64,000 nucleotides of DNA, taken from assembly GCA_050260375.1 (NCBI GenBank), contig JBLNCA010000045.1, positions 12,423-76,422 on the forward strand, given 5' to 3'. Below the pieces are notes generated by a model. The model searched no databases. It was not told the origin of the DNA and was given only the letters and a program-made list of their open reading frames with translations. Shown one piece after another: positions 58,353 to 64,000 of this stretch (positions within the stretch are counted from its first letter, which is position 1; each line of letters opens with the position of its first letter). This DNA comes from Burkholderiales bacterium. Lineage in GTDB: Bacteria > Bacillota > Clostridia > Christensenellales > SZUA-584. Made by a program: the position numbers and the translations under genes.

Positions 58353-58850
58353 TTATATAAACCTTTCAAAACGTTCCGCGCCCGCTTTGCATATCGGGCA
58401 TACGCGCGGAGGGCTGTTGTTAGCGCACAGATACCCGCATACGCCGCAGCGGTATACAGGGTAGGGCAGCGAAGAAAACGCGCGGCCCTGCGAAGTGCCA
58501 GCCGCCTCGGTTCCCTGACCGCTTTGCGGCTTATTGCCTTTCGCGGTGCGCCTTTCGGGAACCTGACTTAAGGGATTCCATTTATCCGTTACATACAGCG
58601 CGCAATAGCACGCCCCGTACTCCGCGAGGTCGTCGTCGCGGTAAACGCAGGGGCATACTATGTCCATGTTGTCTTCGGGAGCGCCTTTTAAAAGGCGGCA
58701 TGGACAGCTCTCAATGCCGTAACGCGCTTTGTTTGCAACAAGCCCTTCAACAAGCCCTTCCAAAAACTCCTCGTCGGGATTGAGCGTATATCCTCCCGCG
58801 GCTGCGTCGCTTTTAAGCTTTTCAAGGCGCTTCTTTACGTCGTCCGTCAT
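58353..58850 (-). CDS. Ferredoxin:thioredoxin-reductase catalytic-subunit-like domain fused to a C-terminal rubredoxin
   Basis: CPCR...CPC...C.C FTR-type cluster/disulfide motif, linker, then YRCGVCGY...CPICKA rubredoxin knuckles. Confidence 0.8.
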   Translation of the reverse strand: MTDDVKKRLEKLKSDAAAGGYTLNPDEEFLEGLVEGLVANKARYGIESCPCRLLKGAPEDNMDIVCPCVYRDDDLAEYGACYCALYVTDKWNPLSQVPERRTAKGNKPQSGQGTEAAGTSQGRAFSSLPYPVYRCGVCGYLCANNSPPRVCPICKAGAERFERFI

Positions 58851-58851
58851 A

Positions 58852-59136
58852 TTACTCGCCTATAAGCCGTTTCAGTTTCTGCTCGTCGTAACCGATTATG
58901 CTGTAATCGGAATTTACAACAATAGTCGGATAAGACTCAGCAGGGTTGTATACCCGCTGTTCTTTAAGCACGTCGGCCTGTTCGTCGGAGGACAGAAGGT
59001 CTACGTCGACGTACGAAAACGACACGTTATGATCCCTTAAAAACGCCTTCGTCTTCCTGCACCATCCGCATGTGCTTAACGCGAAAATCCTTATGTCTCC
59101 GTAATTGGTGCCCTCCACCTTAGTAAATTGCGCCAT
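58852..59136 (-). CDS. Glutaredoxin-like small thioredoxin-fold protein
   Basis: CGWC active site, YPTIVV cis-Pro region; 1 nt from the FTR-like gene. Confidence 0.8.
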   Translation of the reverse strand: MAQFTKVEGTNYGDIRIFALSTCGWCRKTKAFLRDHNVSFSYVDVDLLSSDEQADVLKEQRVYNPAESYPTIVVNSDYSIIGYDEQKLKRLIGE

Positions 59137-59272
59137 AGAGTATTCCTTTCAATAAGCGTTACACATTCGATATTATCCCACTGGCGGCAAAAACACAATA
59201 GATTTTGGCAGTGCCGCCGCGCTTGGACAGAATTACGTTACAAATAATCCCGGAACAGTCTTTGTGATACGC

Positions 59273-59773
59273 TCAGTATTTTGTAAACTTGGAGCCCGGC
59301 ACGCCGCAAATCGGGCAGTTTTCCGGCACGGACAGCTCTATGTTGCCGCAGACGGGGCAGAGATAATAGAACACCTCTTCCTCGCTGTCTATGTTTTTGA
59401 GCGCTTCTTCGTACAACCGCGCGTGAACCTCTTCAGCCTTCATCGCGTACGTGAACGTGCGCACTGCCGCATTGTTGCCCTCCTCGGACGCCGCCTTTAC
59501 AAACCCGGGGTACATATCCTTGTATTCGTGCGTTTCGCCCGCTATAGCGTCTTTAAGGTTGTCCGCCGTCGTGCCAATCTTGCCCGCTATCTCGAATTCC
59601 TTTAAAGCGTGAAGCGTCTCCGCGTCGGCAGCCGCGCGGAAAAGCTTTGCCGCGTTCTTTTTGCCTTCAGCCCCTGCCTTTTTGGCGTACGCCGTATACT
59701 TTCTGTTTGCCTGCGACTCGCCCGCGAACGCCGCCATCAGGTTTTCCATCGTTTTGTTGTTTTCCACTGTCAT
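59273..59773 (-). CDS. rbr: Rubrerythrin
   Basis: Di-iron E..H helices (GESQANRKY, ETLH, GETHE, EEVH) plus C-terminal CPVCG...CPICG. Confidence 0.9.
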   Translation of the reverse strand: MTVENNKTMENLMAAFAGESQANRKYTAYAKKAGAEGKKNAAKLFRAAADAETLHALKEFEIAGKIGTTADNLKDAIAGETHEYKDMYPGFVKAASEEGNNAAVRTFTYAMKAEEVHARLYEEALKNIDSEEEVFYYLCPVCGNIELSVPENCPICGVPGSKFTKY

Positions 59774-59793
59774 TCTCCCACTTAGTAGTTTTA

Positions 59794-59833
59794 TTTACAC
59801 CCCAAAAAGCCTCACGACTTTTTGGGGACCCCG
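59794..59833. repeat. REP-like hairpin TTTACACCCCAAAAAGCCTCACGACTTTTTGGGGACCCCG
   Basis: 10-bp stem CCCCAAAAAG/CTTTTTGGGG. Confidence 0.8.
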
Positions 59834-59936
59834 ATAAAACAACGCTTGATTTGCATTGGTTTTGATAAGCTTTAGTTTATTATTTCATTGCTTTTGAATC
59901 ATAAACAGAGGAACGCGCGCTTTTCAGTTTTTGGCC

Positions 59937-60530
59937 TCACATATCCCTGCCCAGTTCATACGCTGTTTTCAAATGCGCGGGCGCTTTGGATTCGCGCTGT
60001 TCCATGTCGTGCCTCGACGTGCCATACAGTATGACCATGCGCTTTTCCTCCGCCCGGTCTCTTATCCTGTCGCCCAGCATTACCGTCTCCATAGCCTGCG
60101 CCTCGCCCGATTCCTTAAGCGCCTCCATAGTGTTGCCCGCTATCGCTATGACAAGCGCCTTTTTAAGCTTCTTCATCTTTGTGGCCGGCCCGTATGCGAA
60201 GCCGAACGTCCACACCCTGTCGAACCAGCCGACGAGCTTTGCGGGGGCCTCCGTCCAGAACACGGGGTAGATGAACGCTATGGCGTCCGCGGACTGTATC
60301 TTATTTTGCTCGCGCAGCACGTCTTCGTCCACGGCGCCGCCTCCTGTGTAGAAAGCGTCGCGCAGATATTCTCTTTCCGAAAACTCCGCGTTGAAGCCCA
60401 TGGCGTATAAGTCCGACATTTCATACGTATGCCCGGCGTCCGCAAGGCCGCGTAAAAATTCGTTTTTCACTTCATACGTAAAGCTCTGCTCGCTCGGGTG
60501 GCAGTACACGACGAATACATGCATACACAC
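59937..60530 (-). CDS. Flavodoxin-like NAD(P)H dehydrogenase (quinone), NQO1/YrkL-like
   Basis: VVYCHPSEQSF...FIYPVFW... Flavodoxin_2 pattern; start 60530 or 60524. Confidence 0.8.
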   Translation of the reverse strand: MCMHVFVVYCHPSEQSFTYEVKNEFLRGLADAGHTYEMSDLYAMGFNAEFSEREYLRDAFYTGGGAVDEDVLREQNKIQSADAIAFIYPVFWTEAPAKLVGWFDRVWTFGFAYGPATKMKKLKKALVIAIAGNTMEALKESGEAQAMETVMLGDRIRDRAEEKRMVILYGTSRHDMEQRESKAPAHLKTAYELGRDM

Positions 60531-60717
60531 ACATCCTGAATCTTTTATTGAGTAGAATTATATCCCACAACGAGGGAGAGGGCAATATGCGGGCAAAACC
60601 GGAAGGCGGCAATGAAAAAGAGATACAGGGATGAAGCTGCGCTAATGAAGTTAACCGCATTATACGATAAATTAAATAAGACACTTTGACGGTAATATTT
60701 CATCAGGAGGATAGAAT

Positions 60718-61113
60718 ATGGAGTGGACACAGGACCTCTCGGTCGGGGTGGAGCAGATAGACAGCCAGCATAAAGAGCTGATAGCTAGGGTAAACTCGTT
60801 TTTCGACGCGATGAAGAACGGAAGCTCCGATAAGCGCGTGTTCGAGATGCTGGATTTTCTCGAAAGTTATGTGGCGTCGCATTTTAAGGACGAGGAAGCT
60901 TTGCAGGTAAGGTATGGCTACCCGGGCTACGCGGCGCATAAAAAGCTGCATGAGGATTTCAAGGCTACCGTTAAAAACCTGCGCAAGGAGATAGAGAAGG
61001 GGTTTACGCCCGCCACGCAGTCTATGGTAGGCATGACGCTGACGAACTGGCTCCTGCTGCACATCACGAAAGAAGACAAAGCGCTGGGAAAATACATAAG
61101 AAGCAAGCAATAA
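60718..61113 (+). CDS. Bacteriohemerythrin
   Basis: W...LSVGVEQIDSQHKELI, H..E, HKKLH, WLLLHI..ED metal ligands. Confidence 0.88.
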   Translation: MEWTQDLSVGVEQIDSQHKELIARVNSFFDAMKNGSSDKRVFEMLDFLESYVASHFKDEEALQVRYGYPGYAAHKKLHEDFKATVKNLRKEIEKGFTPATQSMVGMTLTNWLLLHITKEDKALGKYIRSKQ

Positions 61114-61124
61114 GGACAGAAACT

Positions 61125-61149
61125 AAAAAACGCCGAAAGGCGTTTTTTT
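61125..61149 (+). terminator. Rho-independent terminator
   Basis: AACGCC-gaaa-GGCGTT then T7. Confidence 0.85.
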
Positions 61150-61154
61150 ATATC

Positions 61155-61193
61155 GGGGTCCCCGACAAGACGTAAGGCTTGTTGGGGTGTTAT
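61155..61193. repeat. REP-like hairpin GGGGTCCCCGACAAGACGTAAGGCTTGTTGGGGTGTTAT
   Basis: Stem CCCCGACAAG/CTTGTTGGGG. Confidence 0.8.
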
Positions 61194-61348
61194 CCGCTGT
61201 CAAACTGCGTTTGCCAGCGGGTTACGCACCTTGCGCTAACGCGCGGTCAGCGGTGCGTTAGTTCCAGCCATTATCAATCTGTATATTTGCCTTTCCCCGG
61301 CAAAGCCGAATAGGAAGATACCTGTAGGGGAGGACTATCCATTCCCGA

Positions 61349-61591
61349 CTATTTTATCTCCTGATCCAAACGGGCGAACAACGGGGAATCGAAAAACTCG
61401 GTCAACGTTATTTCAAACCCGTCGCACAGCTTCTTGATAGTTACTATGCCGGGATTGCGTGTTGTACCATTTACTATATCATTTACCGTCGATTGTGTAA
61501 CGCCGGAAATATTGCTAAGAGCGTTTACGGTAATTCCCCGTTCCTTGCATAATTCAAGTATACGCTTTACGACCGCCTTGGAAAGATTCAC
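61349..61591 (-). CDS. XRE-family HTH regulator
   Basis: ITVNALSNISGVTQSTVNDIVNGTTRNP HTH; GTG 61591 after GGGAGG (ORF-track ATG 61624 lies in the operator). Confidence 0.8.
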   Translation of the reverse strand: MNLSKAVVKRILELCKERGITVNALSNISGVTQSTVNDIVNGTTRNPGIVTIKKLCDGFEITLTEFFDSPLFARLDQEIK

Positions 61592-61604
61592 ACAAATACC
61601 TCCC

Positions 61605-61708
61605 AACGGAATTCCGTTTGACAACAGCGTATCATTTTACGCACAAAATGATTAACGGAATACCGTTGACATGCATGCAGGAATAATGTATGCTAACGGT
61701 AAACCGTT
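61605..61708. promoter_or_regulatory. Three AACGG-N4-CCGTT operators interleaved with TTGACA boxes
   Basis: AACGGAATTCCGTT 61605-61618, AACGGAATACCGTT 61654-61667, AACGGTAAACCGTT 61695-61708; CCGTTGACA-17 nt-TATGCT promoter between sites 2 and 3. Confidence 0.65.
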
Positions 61709-61731
61709 AATTCATCAACGCGGGGTACTAT

Positions 61732-61911
61732 ATGAAACAAAGCTTAGAAATGAAACTGCGCAAAGAGCGCGAAATATTAGACCGTTTAATCGACGAAGCG
61801 CTTGAAAACGGCACGCCGATATCCAAGACAAAGAGCATAGCTGAGCAGTGCAGGAAGGTGAATGAGATAATCATTGAGATGAAGGCGGAGGAGGGGCAAA
61901 CTTCATTCTGA
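61732..61911 (+). CDS. 59-aa helical protein, Spo0E-like (not in ORF track)
   Basis: Hand translation MKQSLEMKLRKEREILDRLIDEALENGTPISKTKSIAEQCRKVNEIIIEMKAEEGQTSF; last codons and stop lie in the MITE-like element. Confidence 0.5.
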   Translation: MKQSLEMKLRKEREILDRLIDEALENGTPISKTKSIAEQCRKVNEIIIEMKAEEGQTSF

Positions 61912-61997
61912 GGAGCGGAGCGACGAGAAATCTCGTCGGGTTTTTGCCAAATTACATGGGATCCTTGCCTTCATTTCATTCCGTCTCAGGATGACAG
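61902..61997. repeat. MITE-like element, TCATTCTGAGGAG...CTCAGGATGACAG subtype, intact
   Basis: Terminal inverted repeats GTCATYCTGAG; internal GAGAAATCTCG / GGGATCC. Confidence 0.75.
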
Positions 61998-62044
61998 CTA
62001 TATAAAACGTAGGGGAGGGCCTCCGCGCCCTCCCGACTTTGACC

Positions 62045-62172
62045 GCCTTGTCTATGAGAAGATTCAAAACGGCACGCCGATATCCGAGACAAAGAGAATA
62101 GTAGAGTAGTACAGGAAGGTGGACGAGCTGATTACGAAGATTAAGGCGGAAGAAGGGAAAACGTCATTCTGA
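62045..62172 (+). pseudogene. Degenerate duplicate of the Spo0E-like gene 3' part (in-frame TAG at 62107)
   Basis: Clearly related to 61799-61911 by eye, with scattered mismatches (identity not computed); CAG to TAG change; lacks the N-terminal half. Confidence 0.65.
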
Positions 62173-62196
62173 GGAGTGGAGCGACGAAGAATCTTG
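62163..62196. repeat. Left half of a MITE-like element, truncated at AT-rich island 2
   Basis: GTCATTCTGAGGAGTGGAGCGACGAAGAATCTTG then abrupt switch to AT-rich DNA. Confidence 0.7.
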
Positions 62197-62205
62197 TAAT
62201 ATCAT

Positions 62206-63096
62206 TTACTGAGAGTACGTAAATATTTCTGTAATTTTTTTTATATCTTTTTCTTTATTAATATATTTTTGTTGTTTTTCATATAGCTGCAAATTTAATT
62301 TATCGATCTTTATGTCTTTACGCCATGGTTCACCTAATCTTGAATCAATTTGTACTAGAAGATTTAGGAGGTTACTTAATTGAATTTTAATATTCGAGGA
62401 ATCAACTTTATCCCATTGATAGTTAGGAAAAGGCCAAAAATCTCTTTGGAAGCCTTCAAAGAACCAATATGTTTCTTTGTTTAATTCCCATAATATATTT
62501 ACATTTTCTATAATGTTAAATTGAATTGTGCTAAATACATCATATGTAGCAAAGTTTAACAAATCTTTTCTTTTATAAATAAAATCATAATAAGTTACAT
62601 TTTCGTTCCAAAATTCATTTGAAATATTAATATCACATTGGTCTATTTGCTCATTAATAAGGTCATCTAAACCACTATTAGTTTCAAATAATTCAAATGT
62701 TACCTCTGATTTAAATCCAAAAACTATTTGGGTTACCTCTAATAAAGCATTTGATTTATTATTGAAACCATATAAAAAAGCATATTGAATTTTTAAGGTT
62801 CGTTTTCTAGTTCTTTCACTGTTAATGAAAGTTATTACATATGCGGTAAAGAAAATAGAAATAATGATTGACTTTAAATCTTTGATTGCGTCTAGGAAAC
62901 ATCGATACCAATTATACTTTATCCCAAACAAATATATAAGAAAGATGAATAAAAATAGTAATAATAATAAAGGCAGAAATTTTAAAAGTTGAAAAAAAGC
63001 CCTGCCGATATATCTGAAAAACCGCAATAAAAGTTTAAAGATTCTTAGAATTTTAATAACCAAAGTATAATATATAAAATAAATTTTTCTCTTCAT
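62206..63096 (-). CDS. Orphan 2-TM-anchored protein in AT-rich island 2
   Basis: 296 aa, K/I/F/N/Y-rich, two N-terminal TM helices, no recognisable family; composition visibly far more AT-rich than flanks. Confidence 0.65.
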   Translation of the reverse strand: MKRKIYFIYYTLVIKILRIFKLLLRFFRYIGRAFFQLLKFLPLLLLLFLFIFLIYLFGIKYNWYRCFLDAIKDLKSIIISIFFTAYVITFINSERTRKRTLKIQYAFLYGFNNKSNALLEVTQIVFGFKSEVTFELFETNSGLDDLINEQIDQCDINISNEFWNENVTYYDFIYKRKDLLNFATYDVFSTIQFNIIENVNILWELNKETYWFFEGFQRDFWPFPNYQWDKVDSSNIKIQLSNLLNLLVQIDSRLGEPWRKDIKIDKLNLQLYEKQQKYINKEKDIKKITEIFTYSQ

Positions 63097-63251
63097 TTTA
63101 GGATAAACTTTCTATATACTCTACTATTATATTCAATTATTGAATGTATATTTCCTTTTTTATAGGCTAACATCTAAAAAAGCAATTTGTAGTGTATACA
63201 GCTATGATTGAAAATAAAAAACGTAAGAGGAATCTTAGACTGATTGTTACC

Positions 63252-63350
63252 TGTCGTTCCGTATGCCTCGCGTGAGTTTACAAAGAATCTTATGTCATAT
63301 TTTGATACGGGAATCCTTCGCCTTCGTTTCACTCCGTCTCAGGATGACAG
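63252..63350. repeat. MITE-like element (right part well conserved, left arm degenerate)
   Basis: ...AAGAATCTTATGTCATATTTTGATACGGGAATCCTTCGCCTTCGTTTCACTCCGTCTCAGGATGACAG. Confidence 0.7.
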
Positions 63351-63459
63351 TATAGAACGGGACGGTTTTCACCGTCACCTGCAATAATACTGCCCGGTGT
63401 GAAACGCCGGGGCAATTTTTCTTTCTTTAAGAAAAGAAGCGGGGGAGCGGGGTCAGAGC

Positions 63460-63524
63460 CCCCGTAAGTGGCGCCAGCCACGAATCCACTCCAGCGTCCC
63501 CGTAAGTGCCGTCAGGCACGAATC
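63460..63524. repeat. Two 27-bp hairpin units CCCCGTAAGTG(G/C)CG(C/T)CAG(C/G)CACGAATC, 38-bp period
   Basis: 63460-63486 and 63498-63524, each containing a 5-bp stem (GTGGC/GCCAC, GTGCC/GGCAC). Confidence 0.75.
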
Positions 63525-63585
63525 ATAAAACGTTCCATGGTCTCATATACTCCATGGGATCCTTCGCCGCCTTTTGCCTCCCTCG

Positions 63586-63677
63586 GATGAGCGAGGTGCC
63601 CCGAAGGGGCGGAAGGAGTGATGCCTTTTCCCTCCTCCGCCCGCCATGCGGCGGGAGCCCCCTCTTTTGAGGGAGCC
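63586..63677. repeat. Composite GC-rich hairpin repeat related to the DUF559-flanking units
   Basis: GCCTCCCTCGGATGAGCGAGGTGCCCCGAAGGGGCGGAAGGAGTGA... then CGCCCGCCatgcGGCGGGAGCCCCCTCttttGAGGGAGCC. Confidence 0.65.
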
Positions 63678-63711
63678 GGTTTTTGTCGGCCCCCAAGGTA
63701 CGGTTTGAACC

Positions 63712-63748
63712 TACGACAAACAAACGGGACGGCGTGGAAGCCGTCCCC
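63712..63748 (-). terminator. clpB terminator
   Basis: GGGACGG-cttccacg-CCGTCCC stem, followed on the minus strand by GTTTGTTTG. Confidence 0.65.
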
Positions 63749-63754
63749 TGCAAA

Positions 63755-64000
63755 TTACATAACGTTTATTTTTAATTCTCCATTTACGGCGTCTATGCTC
63801 ACGCTGTCGCCGTCCTTAAGCTCGCCGGCTATTATGAGCTTGCCTATCTCGGTCTCTATGAACCGCTGCAGGTAACGTTTCACCGGCCGCGCGCCGTACA
63901 CGGGCACGTACGACTTGTCGGATATGAGCCCCTTCGCAGCCTCGGTAACGTTCATCGTTATGTTACGGTCGTCAAGGCGCTGCTGTATATGCTCCAAAGC
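63755..64000 (-). CDS. clpB: ClpB chaperone, C-terminal end (5' part outside window)
   Basis: ...YGARPVKRYLQRFIETEIGKLIIAGEL... ClpB/Hsp100 C-terminal D2-small domain; frame open to window edge. Confidence 0.85.
   Translation of the reverse strand, partial: ALEHIQQRLDDRNITMNVTEAAKGLISDKSYVPVYGARPVKRYLQRFIETEIGKLIIAGELKDGDSVSIDAVNGELKINVM

Noticed and set aside
63680-63725. tRNA-like GGTTTGAACC motif near the clpB terminator
   Set aside because: Only a 2-bp stem flanks the T-loop-like heptamer, and no acceptor or anticodon arms could be folded. It is a 7-bp hairpin (TTTGTCG...CGACAAA).

Overview
64-kb chromosomal window from a moderately GC-rich, spore-forming Firmicute. Gene content looks like Clostridia (cotJABC, Spo0A-like receiver, Spo0E-like, YlbF/YmcA-like, DUF1540, DUF4004 plus bactofilin-like, FeoAB, rubrerythrin). 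No rRNA, tRNA or CRISPR was seen. Most of the window is housekeeping and accessory metabolism: plsY, lspA, lplA-lipA, eno, feoAB with a DtxR-family regulator, rsgA and the clpB 3' end, plus many one-component regulators (PadR, XRE, AraC, 2x TetR, LacI, ECF sigma) with readable operators. Five things stand out. (1) At 31.4-35.0 kb a class II aldolase carries a long disordered linker and a C-terminal amphipathic helix that resembles a microcompartment encapsulation peptide. It is followed by a 5'-deleted, frameshifted mtnK relic, an intact mtnA, an intact orphan PduA-type BMC-H shell gene and a degraded dhaL. (2) Three tandem membrane-anchored phosphodiester-glycosidase paralogues sit together. 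(3) An ECF-sigma-driven NEW3/ABC-2 module has a textbook ECF promoter. (4) Three families of small repeats are unusually dense: about 40-bp GGGGTCCCC...GGGGTGTAAA hairpins including a 3x42-bp tandem array, about 100-bp MITE-like TGTCATTC...GAATGACA elements, and GC-rich double hairpins around a DUF559 gene. (5) Two very AT-rich single-gene islands encode TM-anchored orphan proteins, each abutting a MITE-like copy. Several conserved genes are split by single-nucleotide frameshifts, so assembly indels versus real decay must be settled before they are interpreted. All family assignments come from motif recognition by eye, not from searches.
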